A stretch of 64,000 nt of DNA from NCBI GenBank assembly GCA_019057385.1, contig JAHQJS010000005.1, forward strand, positions 379,130 to 443,129, written 5' to 3'. The stretch's first letter is position 1; the number at the start of each line of letters is the position of its first letter. Origin of the DNA: Candidatus Borrarchaeum weybense (GTDB lineage Archaea; Asgardarchaeota; Sifarchaeia; Borrarchaeales; Borrarchaeaceae). The translations under genes were made by a program, and so were the position numbers. Positions 39,678 to 50,933 of the stretch are shown piece by piece. The notes beneath the pieces were generated by a model that was not told where the DNA came from, ran no database searches, and saw only the letters and a program-made list of their open reading frames with translations.

Positions 39678-40094
39678 TTATTCTTCTTTTGCTACCTCTT
39701 CATAGAACTCTACAGCGTCATCAAAACTCATGAGACCCGCAAGTTCAGCATCAAGATCTGAAGGCTCAACAACGATCATCCATCCCTCATCATAAGGGGA
39801 CTCATTTACTAACTCTGGTGAGTCTTCCAACTCGCTATTGACTTCGGTGATGGTTCCACTGATTGGAGAAATCAAGTCAGAAACAGTTTTAACTGATTCA
39901 ACTTCGCCGAAACTGTCACCTTGGCTTACATCGTCGCCTGAATCAAGAAGATCTACAACAACGATTTCTTTAAGTTGTTTTTGCGCATGATCTGAGATAC
40001 CTATCTTAACTTTCCCGTCCTCTATTTTAAGCCATGAATGTTCCTTGTTATAATAGAGACCTTCACGCACTTCAACTTCATTAATTATTACCAT
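39678..40094 (-). CDS. gcvH: glycine cleavage system H protein
   Basis: H.W, ESVK lipoyl site, N.SPY..GW. Confidence 0.93.
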   Translation of the reverse strand: MVIINEVEVREGLYYNKEHSWLKIEDGKVKIGISDHAQKQLKEIVVVDLLDSGDDVSQGDSFGEVESVKTVSDLISPISGTITEVNSELEDSPELVNESPYDEGWMIVVEPSDLDAELAGLMSFDDAVEFYEEVAKEE

Positions 40095-40199
40095 AATTAC
40101 ACCTCTATAATTTGACACTTCTGTTATTGTTGTATTGAAAAAACGTTTTATTTTTACTCCTTTAAAATCTTAACTCTCAATCTGAAAAAATGCAGAATT

Positions 40200-41273
40200 T
40201 TATTCTTCTTTCAAAATTTGTAAAATCGTTTGCCAGTCCACGTGTTTTTCAATTAATTCCTTCATAATTGTGATCGTGCTGAGTTTTGGCCTTATCTTCC
40301 CTACAATCCCTTCAATTTTTCTTACAGTACTGAATGTATCATATGGTACCAGAATGACCGGCACACCTCTTTCATCAGCCTTAACTAATACATGGGTGCT
40401 AGGATGCAAATTCCCTGTTAGTATGAGCACGGAAGTATCGGTTGTGAGTGCTGCGAGAGCAGTATCTGGTCGATCTCCTCCTAGAATAACAGCTTTGCGG
40501 ATTGATCTTCTAAACCAACGTAAAGATGCCTCAGGACTCATTGCACCTACAAGGAAGTCTTCAACTATCAATTCATCCATTTTATCTTCCCCAACGAGTA
40601 CTTCACCTTCACCTAGCACATTATAGATGTCTGAGACGGTTGGTGCAACGATACGGGTTTCAGCAGGAATTAATCCAAAGATTGGGATATTAAATTGTTC
40701 CAAGATTGGATATGTTATCCCTTTAATGCGCTCTAGGACGTATGGTTCAATATAGTTGAAAATAATTCCAGAAAGAATTGTGTCAGTACCTGCCCTTTGT
40801 TCAATGAAGTATTTATCTCTAAGGATAGTATCAACCGCGCGATCATCCTTTCCTGTAACGATAAGGATCATTTTTGAATCAAATTCTTTTGCAAGCTGAG
40901 CCCCATCAAGATCCAGACTAGCGTAATCATTTAAGCAACATGAACTCTCAATAATCAATATGTCATGTGCAGCAGACAACGTTTCGAAAGCGGTTTGAAT
41001 TTTCTGATGTAACTCCTCTCTTTTACTTCTCTCTTCTAAATATCGAGTTGGTCGAAGCAAAACTGGACTAATTACATCAAGAGGATAGTCCATTCCTAAA
41101 ATCACTTTCGCTAAGTGTGCGTCTTCATCATGGATATCATCGTGTATGCCTGGTTTTCCTATGGGTTTAAAATAACCAACGTTAAATCCTTGTTCCTTTA
41201 GTAAGATTGCTAAAGCCATACTGACCGCCGTCTTACCAGAATACCCTGCTGGAGAGGTAATAAACAATTTCAT
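40200..41273 (-). CDS. BioD-like/DRTGG (Pta N-terminal-like) protein
   Basis: SGKT, YFKPIG, GGDR.D, LILTG. Confidence 0.88.
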   Translation of the reverse strand: MKLFITSPAGYSGKTAVSMALAILLKEQGFNVGYFKPIGKPGIHDDIHDEDAHLAKVILGMDYPLDVISPVLLRPTRYLEERSKREELHQKIQTAFETLSAAHDILIIESSCCLNDYASLDLDGAQLAKEFDSKMILIVTGKDDRAVDTILRDKYFIEQRAGTDTILSGIIFNYIEPYVLERIKGITYPILEQFNIPIFGLIPAETRIVAPTVSDIYNVLGEGEVLVGEDKMDELIVEDFLVGAMSPEASLRWFRRSIRKAVILGGDRPDTALAALTTDTSVLILTGNLHPSTHVLVKADERGVPVILVPYDTFSTVRKIEGIVGKIRPKLSTITIMKELIEKHVDWQTILQILKEE

Positions 41274-41398
41274 TCATTATGTCCTCCTAGTGCAAAGACA
41301 TTTTCTGCTAGATATTTGTGTAGTTTATTTGAATTTTTATCTGTTTTTCATCATTAATCATCGTCATTTTTGCAAAGATTTGAATGGTAAATTCTCAA

Positions 41399-43513
41399 TT
41401 AATCTCGCCAACGACAACTTATTTTGACATCAAGTGCACTTGCACCTTCACCTTCATTATAAGCAAATAAAGGATTAATATCCATTTCCAAAATTTCTGG
41501 AAACTCAGTTACTAGTTGAGAAACTCTAAGAATCATATCTATTATGGAATTAATGTCTGCAGGAGGTTCACCTCTTACCCCTCTCAATAACGTCCCTGCA
41601 GCTTTGGTTTCATAAATCATCTCTTTGACATCTTTGAGTGACATTGGGGCTAATCGAAATGTAACATCTTTTAAGACTTCGACAAAGATACCACCAAGCC
41701 CAAACATCACCATTGGTCCAAAAGTGAGGTCACGTGACATACCAATAATTAACTCTCGTCCTTTTGGGTTCATCTTTTGGACTTCAACACCATAAATCTT
41801 AGCATGGGGCATATATCTAACACTATTTTCAATTATTTGATTGTAGGCGTCAGTTATTTCTTTTTGTGAACGTAGCCCTAAGCGTACTGCGCCAATGTCT
41901 GTTTTGTGGATAATTTGTGGACTTGCAATTTTTAGAACTACGCTTCCACCACCACTAATTCGGTTTGCAATTTCGACTGCATCAAAAGCTGATCGTGCTA
42001 ACTCGGTCGGAGGTGTCAATATTCCATATGCGTTAGCTACAGCTATTGCTTCATAGCCTAATAATGTTTTCCTTCCATCTTCTCTGACATTACGGAAAAT
42101 TTCTCCAACTTTAGATCGATTTATGTCTGAGAATGGTTCTGGTAGCTCTCGCGCTTCTTCTTTCAGGTATGCAGAGTATTTAGCCAATTGAGCCATTACA
42201 GCGACAGCACGTTCAGGAAAAGGATAATTCGCAATACCGGACTCTCTAAGTTTATTATCACCTTTTTGGGCGTCAATACCACCTATAAAACTCGTTACAA
42301 TTGGTTTATTTGACTGTTGCTTAATATTTGCAATAACTTCAGCAGTAGTTTCAATGTCTGTCATTGCTTGAACCGTTAAAAGAACAATTACGACATCCAC
42401 GTTCTCATCTTTTGCTGTAAGTTCCAAAGCGAATTTGAATCGATCGGATTTTGCATCTCCAAGAATATCTATTGGGTTATGTTTACCAGCTTCTTCGGGT
42501 AATCCCGTTCGTAGTTCTTTAAATGTTTCTTGTGAAAAGGCTGCGAGTTTAAGGCCATATTTATCAGCGGCATCAGTAGCTATGATACCTGGCCCACCTG
42601 CATTCGTAATAATTGCTACTCTGTTACCTTTTGGTAGTGGGGTCTTTGAAAACGCCTCAGCAAGATCAAAGAGCTCTTGCATTTCCGTTGCACGAATAAC
42701 TCCAAGTTGCTTAAACGCGGTTTCATATGCCTGATCTAATCCAGATAAGGTTCCAGTATGTGATGATACTGCTCTGGCACCAGCTTCTGAGACTCCTGAC
42801 TTAATTATTACGACTGGCTTTTTTCTAGTTGCTTTGTTAACATTCTTCAGGAAATTTTCACCATTTTTTATACCTTCAACGTAACAAAGGATTACCTTTG
42901 TTTCAATATCGTCGGCTAGTGCCGTAATAAAATCAGTCTCATCTAAACCTGCTTTATTTCCTAAACTAATAAATCTGCTAAATCCAATATTTTCTTCTAA
43001 GCTCCAATCGAGAATGCCTGTGCATAATGCACCACTTTGAGAAATGAAGCCAACCGATCCACGGAGAGGCATTTTAGATGCAAATGAGGCGTTAATTGGC
43101 GTGAAAGTGCTGATCATTCCGAGACAATTCGGACCAAGCAAATCAATATTATACTGTTTACATAGTCTAATCAATTCACGCTCTAAGTGTGCTCCTTCGA
43201 TTCCAATTTCTTTGAAACCGGCAGATACTATAATAATACTTTTCAGGTTTTTTTCTGCACAATCTTTAATAATTTGAATAACAAATTTTGCGGGGATGGC
43301 TATAACCGCTAAATCCAAATCATCATCAATTTCCAGTACACTTGAATAGCACTTATATCCCAATACTTCTTCAGCTTTTGGATTAACAGGATATATCTTG
43401 CCACGATATCCACTGTCAATTATGTTCGAAAGTATGGAGTATCCTACCTTCGCAGGGTTTCTTGATGCTCCAATGACAGCAACTGACTGTGGATTAAAGA
43501 AGTATTCAAGCAT
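41399..43513 (-). CDS. acd: ADP-forming acetate/acyl-CoA ligase, fused alpha-beta
   Basis: P.SVAVIGAS, GPNCLG, SHTG phospho-His, TNAGGPG, HKTDIG, DINP. Confidence 0.93.
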   Translation of the reverse strand: MLEYFFNPQSVAVIGASRNPAKVGYSILSNIIDSGYRGKIYPVNPKAEEVLGYKCYSSVLEIDDDLDLAVIAIPAKFVIQIIKDCAEKNLKSIIIVSAGFKEIGIEGAHLERELIRLCKQYNIDLLGPNCLGMISTFTPINASFASKMPLRGSVGFISQSGALCTGILDWSLEENIGFSRFISLGNKAGLDETDFITALADDIETKVILCYVEGIKNGENFLKNVNKATRKKPVVIIKSGVSEAGARAVSSHTGTLSGLDQAYETAFKQLGVIRATEMQELFDLAEAFSKTPLPKGNRVAIITNAGGPGIIATDAADKYGLKLAAFSQETFKELRTGLPEEAGKHNPIDILGDAKSDRFKFALELTAKDENVDVVIVLLTVQAMTDIETTAEVIANIKQQSNKPIVTSFIGGIDAQKGDNKLRESGIANYPFPERAVAVMAQLAKYSAYLKEEARELPEPFSDINRSKVGEIFRNVREDGRKTLLGYEAIAVANAYGILTPPTELARSAFDAVEIANRISGGGSVVLKIASPQIIHKTDIGAVRLGLRSQKEITDAYNQIIENSVRYMPHAKIYGVEVQKMNPKGRELIIGMSRDLTFGPMVMFGLGGIFVEVLKDVTFRLAPMSLKDVKEMIYETKAAGTLLRGVRGEPPADINSIIDMILRVSQLVTEFPEILEMDINPLFAYNEGEGASALDVKISCRWRD

Positions 43514-43543
43514 TATGGAAGTTCACGACTCCTAGTATTGGAT

Positions 43544-43573
43544 GCTCCTACCCTTTAGGTTGGGGTAGTTGAC
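43544..43573 (-). mobile_element. isolated copy of the IscB-type element left end
   Basis: GTCAACTACCCCAACCTAAAGGGTAGGAGC matches 13327-13356 at 28/30 nt. Confidence 0.75.
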
Positions 43574-43731
43574 CTAAATTGATGTTTTGTGATATCATGA
43601 TGAGGTTTTCGCTTTTAAGTGATTTTAGTGCTGTAGATTTAAAAATTTTGGACTTAATTACCATTAAAGATAACTTTTTTAAAATGTTACACTTTGATCC
43701 TCTATGGTTTCATTGAATTAAGGTGTTATGT

Positions 43732-44232
43732 ATGTCAGGAAAAGAAGCTGTTATTCAGTCATTAGTCGATGGAGGAAAAGCAACGGCGGGCCCTCCTCTA
43801 GGCCCTGCACTGGGTCCTACGGGCGTGAATGTCTTTCAAATTATTCAAGCAATTAATGAGAAAACTAAGGCTTATATGGGTCTTAAAGTTCCAGTAACTA
43901 TCACGATTAACACAGATGACAAATCCTTCGAAATAGAAGTCGGAACTCCTCCTGTTTCTGCACTTATCTTGAAAGAATTAGGGATTGAAAAGGGGTCAGG
44001 AACTGCAGGAACTGAAGAATCTGAAGCCATAGGTAATCTTACTTTATCTCAGATAATAGAAATAGCCAAGTTAAAACGTGATAAACTTCTGGCAAATTCA
44101 CTTAAAGCCGCAGTCAAAGAAATTCTCGGTACGGCCATTACAACAGGCGCAACTGTGGAGGACAAGCATCCAAGAGAAATCCAAAAAGAAATAGATGAGG
44201 GTCAATGGAACGAACTTCTTGTAGAAGATTAA
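43732..44232 (+). CDS. rpl11: 50S ribosomal protein L11 (uL11)
   Basis: GGKATAGPPLGPALG, TPP.S.LI. Confidence 0.97.
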   Translation: MSGKEAVIQSLVDGGKATAGPPLGPALGPTGVNVFQIIQAINEKTKAYMGLKVPVTITINTDDKSFEIEVGTPPVSALILKELGIEKGSGTAGTEESEAIGNLTLSQIIEIAKLKRDKLLANSLKAAVKEILGTAITTGATVEDKHPREIQKEIDEGQWNELLVED

Positions 44233-44383
44233 GCAAATTAGAACACGTGTAGTTTAACTAAGATAAGATTTAAAAGATGTAGAAAATACCTTCAATTTTG
44301 TCAATTACCTATGTAGTATGTATTACACTGCATAAGTTTTCATGTAACTTTTCTTCATTATTATGTTAAATGGGGCAATAATC

Positions 44384-45022
44384 ATGTCCAATATCACTGA
44401 GGCTGTAGCAGAGGCAAAAAAACTAGCTAAAGATCGAAAATTTACCGAAACAGTAGAGTTAGCCATTAATCTTAAAAATATTGACTTAAAAAAGCCAGAA
44501 AACCGGATAAAACTCGAAATCCCTCTTCCGCATTCACCCTCAAAGAAGGTTAAAATAGCGGTAATAGCAGAAGGTGATTTAGCTTTACGTTCAAAAGAAA
44601 TTGCAGACTTAGTTATAAATAAAGACGATTTAGAGCGATATGCAACTGATAAAAAGGCTGCAAAAGATTTAGGCAAAACATATGATTTCTTTATAGCCCA
44701 AGCGGATCTTATGCCTACAGTTGGTAAAATTTTGGGACCTGTACTGGGTGTTAGTGGAAAGATGCCACAAGTTGTGCCACCAACTGGAGCAGATCTAGAA
44801 CCAATAATTGGACGTTTACAGAACGTTTGTAAAATGAGATTGCGTCAAAACCCAGTTTTCTTTGCAAAAATTGGCACAAAAGATATGACTAACGAAGATA
44901 TAAGCGAAAATATTGAAAGCGTATTAAAGGCAGTCGAAGAAAAACTTGAGAAAGGACGTGACAACATCAGATCTATTTACGTAAAAACAACAATGGGCCC
45001 CCCAGTAAAGATAGAGATTTAA
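44384..45022 (+). CDS. rpl1: 50S ribosomal protein L1 (uL1)
   Basis: RKF.ETVEL.INL, GKMP, YVKTTMGP. Confidence 0.97.
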   Translation: MSNITEAVAEAKKLAKDRKFTETVELAINLKNIDLKKPENRIKLEIPLPHSPSKKVKIAVIAEGDLALRSKEIADLVINKDDLERYATDKKAAKDLGKTYDFFIAQADLMPTVGKILGPVLGVSGKMPQVVPPTGADLEPIIGRLQNVCKMRLRQNPVFFAKIGTKDMTNEDISENIESVLKAVEEKLEKGRDNIRSIYVKTTMGPPVKIEI

Positions 45023-45034
45023 GGAGCGTAAGAA

Positions 45035-46042
45035 ATGGCGACTACTTCACCACCTAAAAAAATTCCAACTGTCAAATTAAACACGGTTGAACAACTTACA
45101 AATCTAATTAAATCTTCAGATGTGCTTGGAATCGCTAAGGCTGAGGGAATTGGGGCAAAACAAATCCAACGGTTACGTAAACTCTTAGAGGGTGATGCTA
45201 CACTAAAAGTCACAAAAAATACCCTTATGCGCATTGCATTAAGAAACTGTAAAGATGAAAAGGCCGACATTGCTAAACTTGAAGAATATTTGATTGGCTC
45301 AAATATTTTTATTTTCGCTAAGATGGATCCATTTAAACTTACACGAATTCTCGATCAAAACAAGATGAGAACCCTGGCTAAACCTGGACATACTGCGCCT
45401 GAGAATATCGTCGTTCCTGCTGGAAATACGGGGTTCCCCCCAGGTCCACTTATTACCGAATTCGGGAATATTGGCCTTCCAACAAAGATTGATGCGGGTA
45501 ATATTGCTATTACGAAGGACACTACAGTCGCTAAAAAGGGTGACATTATTAGTAGGCAATTAGCTTTAGTGTTATCACGTCTAGGCATTGAACCTATGCT
45601 AGTAGGTCTTGCTGTAGAGATTGCATATGAAGATGGTGCTCTAATACACAAAGAACAATTACAAATTGATGTAGAAGAAATCCGCCGTCAATTTATCGAA
45701 GCGGTCTCACAAGCACTTAATTTAGCCACAAATATTGCTTATCCTACACCTGAAACAGTTCAAATATTGATACAGAAGGCATTTATGAACAGTATGCGTT
45801 TAGCCGAAACGGCTTCATTTATAACGCCTGAAACTCTGCCTGCAGTATTGATGAAAGCAAATAGGCAAATGTTAGTCCTTGCTTCTGAGATCGGTAGTGT
45901 TGCCCCTTCTGTAGTACCCCAAGAACTTATACAAACTCCTCCCGAAACTCCTCCTCCAGAAGAAAAGAAACCTGAGGTTGAGAAAAAGAAACCATCTGAA
46001 CCAGAGGAGGAAGAAGGAGGCTTAGGAGATTTATTTGGATAG
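45035..46042 (+). CDS. rpl10: 50S ribosomal protein L10/P0
   Basis: KNTL, T.F.PGP, C-terminal GLGDLFG. Confidence 0.96.
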   Translation: MATTSPPKKIPTVKLNTVEQLTNLIKSSDVLGIAKAEGIGAKQIQRLRKLLEGDATLKVTKNTLMRIALRNCKDEKADIAKLEEYLIGSNIFIFAKMDPFKLTRILDQNKMRTLAKPGHTAPENIVVPAGNTGFPPGPLITEFGNIGLPTKIDAGNIAITKDTTVAKKGDIISRQLALVLSRLGIEPMLVGLAVEIAYEDGALIHKEQLQIDVEEIRRQFIEAVSQALNLATNIAYPTPETVQILIQKAFMNSMRLAETASFITPETLPAVLMKANRQMLVLASEIGSVAPSVVPQELIQTPPETPPPEEKKPEVEKKKPSEPEEEEGGLGDLFG

Positions 46043-46079
46043 TATTTCTATTAAAATAAAGAGATAAGGAGGTTTGAGT

Positions 46080-46373
46080 ATGGAATACGTGTACGGTGCG
46101 ATGTTGCTTCATTCTGCAAAGCAAAAAATTACTGAAGCTGCTCTGACTAAACTACTTACAGCTGCTGGACTTAAGCCCGAAGCTGCTCGTGCAAAAGCAT
46201 TAGTAGCTGCATTAGACGAAGTGAACATTGATGAAGCTCTGAAAACTGCTGCTGCTGTACCAGTTGCAACTGCTGCTCCTGCTGCAGCGCCTGTTGAGAA
46301 GAAAGAAGCAAAAGAAGAGAAAAAAGAAGAAGAGAAAGAAGAGGACACAGGACTCGGTGCGCTATTTGGATAA
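46080..46373 (+). CDS. rpl12: ribosomal stalk protein L12/P1
   Basis: MEYVYGA.LLH, Ala/Glu-rich hinge, GLGALFG. Confidence 0.97.
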   Translation: MEYVYGAMLLHSAKQKITEAALTKLLTAAGLKPEAARAKALVAALDEVNIDEALKTAAAVPVATAAPAAAPVEKKEAKEEKKEEEKEEDTGLGALFG

Positions 46374-46524
46374 ACTCTTGCGCACTTATCTATTCTCTTC
46401 ACGTTAAAGCTGATATAACTATAAGTTTTTCATAAAATCTTTTTAAATTACTTCTTTTAATTATGCTTTAACTACATATCAGCAGCCCATGCCAAATTTA
46501 AGGCTTGTCGGATGTGACACAAGA

Positions 46525-49482
46525 ATGGTAAATTTTAAGGAACTTGAACAGAAATGGCAGAAAAAATGGCAGGATGACAAGATTTTTGAAGCCAATCCAG
46601 ATCAGAATCGCGAAAAATTCTTTTTAACAGTGGCATATCCCTATCCGAATTCTCCACAGCACGTTGGACATGCAAGAACGTATACTCTTACCGACAGTTA
46701 TGCTCGATTTAAACGTATGCAAGGACTCAATGTCCTCTATCCTCAAGGGTTTCACTATACAGGCACTCCAATTTTAGCAATGGCAAATCGAATTGCAGAA
46801 AATGATCGTGAACTTATTGAGACTTTTGAAGAAATTTACAAGGTGCCCAGCGAGGTTATATCCACATTTAAGAATGACCCTTTAGCGGTTGCTAATTACT
46901 TTCACAATGAGATTCGTGAAGGCATGAAAAAAATCGGATTTAGTATCGATTGGAGGCGTGAGTTCACAACTATCGATCCGCCATATATGAAGTTCATCGA
47001 ATGGCAGTTTCACACACTTCACAAAGGAGGTTACGTAACTAAAGGAAGTCACCCTGTAGGTTGGTGTCCTTTAGACCAAAATGCCGTTGGGCAGCATGAT
47101 ACTTTGGGTGATAAGGAACCCGAAATGGAAGAAATTACAGCATTAAAATTCATTTTTAATGGCTGGTATATGCCTACGGCAACATATAGGCCGGAAACGG
47201 TCTTTGGTGTCACAAACGTGTTTGTTAATCCAGATGCTGATTATGTGATTGCTCAGGTTGATGGTGCTCAACTTAATGGCGAAAAGTGGTTTATTTCTAA
47301 GGAATTTGCTGAAAAGTTAGTGCATCAAGTTGAGAAAGTTGAAATTTTGCAGACAAAAAAGGGATATGACATTATTGGAAAAACTGTGCAGAATCCTATG
47401 ACCGGAAAAGAAGGGCTGCTCATATTACCAGGCGCTTTTGTGGATCCAGATGTTGGAACAGGATGCGTCATGAGTGTGCCGGCACATGCCCCCTATGACT
47501 ATATTGCTATTGAAGATCTAAAAAAGAGTCTCCCAGAATTAGAAAAATATGGAATCAATCCAGAAAAAATCGAGGAGTTAGCCCCTATCTCATTAATCTC
47601 TATTGAGGGTTATTCAGATTATCCAGCTAAAGATGCGGTTGAAAAACTTGGCGTTACAGATCAAAACGATCCAAAATGCAAAGATGCTACGGATGAAATT
47701 TATGGTGCGGAGTTTCGAAGCGGTGTTCTCAAAAAGATAACCGGAAAATATCAAGGATTGCCGGTCTCTGAAGCAAAGGATAGAGTAAGGGAGGATATGA
47801 TTGAGCAAGGTACTGCGTATCCAGTCTATGAAATTGTTAATGCCCCAATTCATTGCCGTTGCGGAACTGAAGTTGTAGTGAAGGTTGTTCGTGATCAATG
47901 GTTTATCAATTACGGAGACCCGACTTGGAAAAAACTAGCTTATGAATGTTTAGATAATATGAGTATTATTCCCAAAGAATTAATGGGCGAGTACCGAGAT
48001 GTCGTCAACTGGTTGACTGCAAAGGCCTGCGCCCGTAAATCTGGCTTAGGTACTCCCCTTCCCTGGGATCCCGATTGGATTATTGAAAGTCTCTCTGATT
48101 CAACTATCTATATGGCCTATTATATACTTGCTAAGTATATCACCCAGTATAGTCTCACTGGTGATAATTTTAACGACACTGTGTTTGATTATGTTTTTCT
48201 AGGTCAAAGTAATGCAAAAGATGTATCAAAGTCATGTGGACTTGACCCAGCACTTCTTGAATCAATGAGGAATGAATTTAATTATTGGTACCCACTCGAT
48301 TCAAGGCACTCAGGTCGCGACCTCATCTGGAATCATCTCACTTTCATGATTTTTAATCATACAGCAATTTTTCCACGTGAAAATTGGCCACAGCAGATTG
48401 TAGTCAATGGTTCAGTGTTAATGGAGGAAGAAGTTGATGGAAAGGTCCTAATTCGCAAAATGTCAAAGTCATTGCGTAACATCATTCCTATCCATGACGC
48501 TATAAAAACTTACGGCGCAGATGCAATTAGGCTTTCTGTTTTAAGTTCAGCGGAGATATTATCTGATGCCGTTTTTAGCGAGAGAATGGCAAAATCGATA
48601 GGAAATCGACTTGAACGCCTTTATAGTTTTGCTCAAGAAGTCGCAAGCAAACATGTTAGGGACACACCTCAACTTCAAGATATTGACAGATGGATGATAA
48701 GTCAACTTCAACATAGAATTACAAGAGCTACTGCAGCAATGAATTTATGTCGTGTGCGGGATGCTATTCAAAACGCGTATTTCTTGCTTGATCAAGATGT
48801 TTCATGGTACCTAAAACGAGTGGATCCTGAAAAAGATAATCCAGAACGAAATGAAACAATCACTGCCGTACTTCACGAAGTCCTTGATGTATGGATACGA
48901 CTTTTAAGCCCCTTTGCGCCATTTATTTGTGAAGAAATATGGCAAGTATTAGGAAGAGAAGGATATTGTTCTTTATCATCATGGCCGAAAAAAGAAGATG
49001 CAAAGGTAATGTTTGATGCAGTAGCTATGGAAGATCTCCTTAGAAAAACAATAGATGACACACAAGAGATCTTGAAAGTCACGAATATTTTGCCAAAACG
49101 TATAGTTTACTATGTTGCACCCAAATGGGCTTCTATACTCTATATAGAACTCCTTACTATGCTTAAAGACGGCAAGTCAAGTCAAAGTGGGATCATGAAG
49201 GCAATATTTCAGAATTCTGAAATCAAGAAACACGGAAAGCTGGCTTCAAAGCTTGTACAGAAACTCCTCCCCACCGCAAAGACTCTGTCTCCAGAAGTGA
49301 TTGCACAAAAACTTGCGGCATCCTTTGATGAACTCACAACTCTAAAAGCGGCAACTCCTTTTATAGAAAATACTTTCAATACTACAGTAGAACTCTATGA
49401 GGCCGATGACCCAGAACGCTATGACCCAATGAAAAAAGCCAATAGTGCGATACCAGGAAGAGCAGCGATTTTCATTGAATGA
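46525..49482 (+). CDS. leuS: leucine--tRNA ligase (archaeal type)
   Basis: HVGH, KMSKS, IESLSDSTIY, A.P.R.AI.IE end. Confidence 0.96.
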   Translation: MVNFKELEQKWQKKWQDDKIFEANPDQNREKFFLTVAYPYPNSPQHVGHARTYTLTDSYARFKRMQGLNVLYPQGFHYTGTPILAMANRIAENDRELIETFEEIYKVPSEVISTFKNDPLAVANYFHNEIREGMKKIGFSIDWRREFTTIDPPYMKFIEWQFHTLHKGGYVTKGSHPVGWCPLDQNAVGQHDTLGDKEPEMEEITALKFIFNGWYMPTATYRPETVFGVTNVFVNPDADYVIAQVDGAQLNGEKWFISKEFAEKLVHQVEKVEILQTKKGYDIIGKTVQNPMTGKEGLLILPGAFVDPDVGTGCVMSVPAHAPYDYIAIEDLKKSLPELEKYGINPEKIEELAPISLISIEGYSDYPAKDAVEKLGVTDQNDPKCKDATDEIYGAEFRSGVLKKITGKYQGLPVSEAKDRVREDMIEQGTAYPVYEIVNAPIHCRCGTEVVVKVVRDQWFINYGDPTWKKLAYECLDNMSIIPKELMGEYRDVVNWLTAKACARKSGLGTPLPWDPDWIIESLSDSTIYMAYYILAKYITQYSLTGDNFNDTVFDYVFLGQSNAKDVSKSCGLDPALLESMRNEFNYWYPLDSRHSGRDLIWNHLTFMIFNHTAIFPRENWPQQIVVNGSVLMEEEVDGKVLIRKMSKSLRNIIPIHDAIKTYGADAIRLSVLSSAEILSDAVFSERMAKSIGNRLERLYSFAQEVASKHVRDTPQLQDIDRWMISQLQHRITRATAAMNLCRVRDAIQNAYFLLDQDVSWYLKRVDPEKDNPERNETITAVLHEVLDVWIRLLSPFAPFICEEIWQVLGREGYCSLSSWPKKEDAKVMFDAVAMEDLLRKTIDDTQEILKVTNILPKRIVYYVAPKWASILYIELLTMLKDGKSSQSGIMKAIFQNSEIKKHGKLASKLVQKLLPTAKTLSPEVIAQKLAASFDELTTLKAATPFIENTFNTTVELYEADDPERYDPMKKANSAIPGRAAIFIE

Positions 49483-49557
49483 AATTCTTTGTTGTATCAA
49501 TTTTTCTTTTCAATTTATAACTTAACAATTCTCTTTTTTTATTAGTCAGACTTCACA

Positions 49558-50253
49558 ATGAGCTTAAGCACGAGTTTTGAGAAGGTTATTGAATTGTTAG
49601 ATGAACGCATGAAAGATGCTTCGATAGACCTTCGCTTTTTGTTAAATCGCCGTTATGATAAAGCAAGAGCCATAAAATTCGTAGGAAACAAATATCAACT
49701 CGACAAATCTGAACGACATATACTTTATCGAGCCCTATATTCGAATGATGAGATCACTGCAATCAAAAAGAAACTTGTGCCCTTTGAGCAAATTTCAGGA
49801 AAACTTCTTGCGGTTGATGGGTATAATGTGCTCATTACTGTTGAAAGTATTTTGTATAAAAAAACGATCATAGAATGTGATGATGGCATCCTACGTGATG
49901 TCTCAGGCGTTTTTGGAAGCCATGTGATAACGTCTGTGACAAAAAAGTCCATAGACCTTATTCTTTCACAAATCGCAAAATATCCTCCTGAATCACTACA
50001 ATTCTTTTTTGATTCTCAAGTTAGTAAAAGTGGCGAACTGTCAAATAGTATACGAGAAAAAATGAATGAATTACAGTTAAATGGAGATGCCGAGACAGTC
50101 AAGCAAGTAGACACGACCCTAAAAAAACTAAATTGTGATATTGTTGCTACAAGTGACACTATTATAATCGCTCAAGCATCAGCAGTGGTGGATATCCCCC
50201 AACGAATTCTTAAAAATTTAAACTTTCCTATCTCATTCCTAATGTTATCTTAG
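49558..50253 (+). CDS. DUF434-like (PIN-related) protein
   Basis: DL.FLLNR.Y, VDGYNVLIT.E, DDG..RD, SKSGEL. Confidence 0.8.
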   Translation: MSLSTSFEKVIELLDERMKDASIDLRFLLNRRYDKARAIKFVGNKYQLDKSERHILYRALYSNDEITAIKKKLVPFEQISGKLLAVDGYNVLITVESILYKKTIIECDDGILRDVSGVFGSHVITSVTKKSIDLILSQIAKYPPESLQFFFDSQVSKSGELSNSIREKMNELQLNGDAETVKQVDTTLKKLNCDIVATSDTIIIAQASAVVDIPQRILKNLNFPISFLMLS

Positions 50254-50402
50254 GCACATAAAATCCATGACTTCACAGTTTTCTTTTCGTTCATCTTGAA
50301 GAATCAAGTAGTTTAAGATTTACGGTCATAATTTGATGCAGGATTCGAAAGATCTTTATAACATGAAAAAGGAATACTTAAGAATTTAAAGGAGGGAAGA
50401 AT

Positions 50403-50903
50403 GTGGAAGCTATTCTTTCGCGAAGAAGTATACGAAAATTTACCAAAGAACCTGTATCTGATGAAATTGTTAAAGAATTGTTGAAAGCGGCTATGAGCGC
50501 GCCATCAGCGGTCAATCAGCAACCGTGGCATTTCATTGTGATTAGAGAACGTCAGATTTTAGATGAAATCCCCAAAATTCAGCCTTACTCACAAATGCTA
50601 AGAGATGCTCCTGTTGCGGTGGTGGTTTGTGGCGATTTAAACTTGGAAAAAGCAAAAGGGTTCTGGGTTCAAGACTGTTCAGCGGCCACGCAGAACATTT
50701 TGATCGCAGTTCAAGCTAAAGGATTGGGAGCCGTATGGTTGGGCTTTTATCCAAGAGAAGATCGAATAAAGGCTCTTCAAAAATTATTAGACATTCCAGA
50801 ACATGTCATACCTTTTTCAGTAATTCCTATCGGTTATTCTGCAGAGCAAAAACCTCCAGCAAGTCGATATAATGAGTCAAGAATTCACTACGACCGCTGG
50901 TAA
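50403..50903 (+). CDS. nitroreductase family protein
   Basis: RRSIRKF, APSA.NQQPW.F, QDCSAA.QN. Confidence 0.93.
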   Translation: MEAILSRRSIRKFTKEPVSDEIVKELLKAAMSAPSAVNQQPWHFIVIRERQILDEIPKIQPYSQMLRDAPVAVVVCGDLNLEKAKGFWVQDCSAATQNILIAVQAKGLGAVWLGFYPREDRIKALQKLLDIPEHVIPFSVIPIGYSAEQKPPASRYNESRIHYDRW

Positions 50904-50933
50904 TTGCGTTATCAATGCAAGGAAGTAAAAAAT

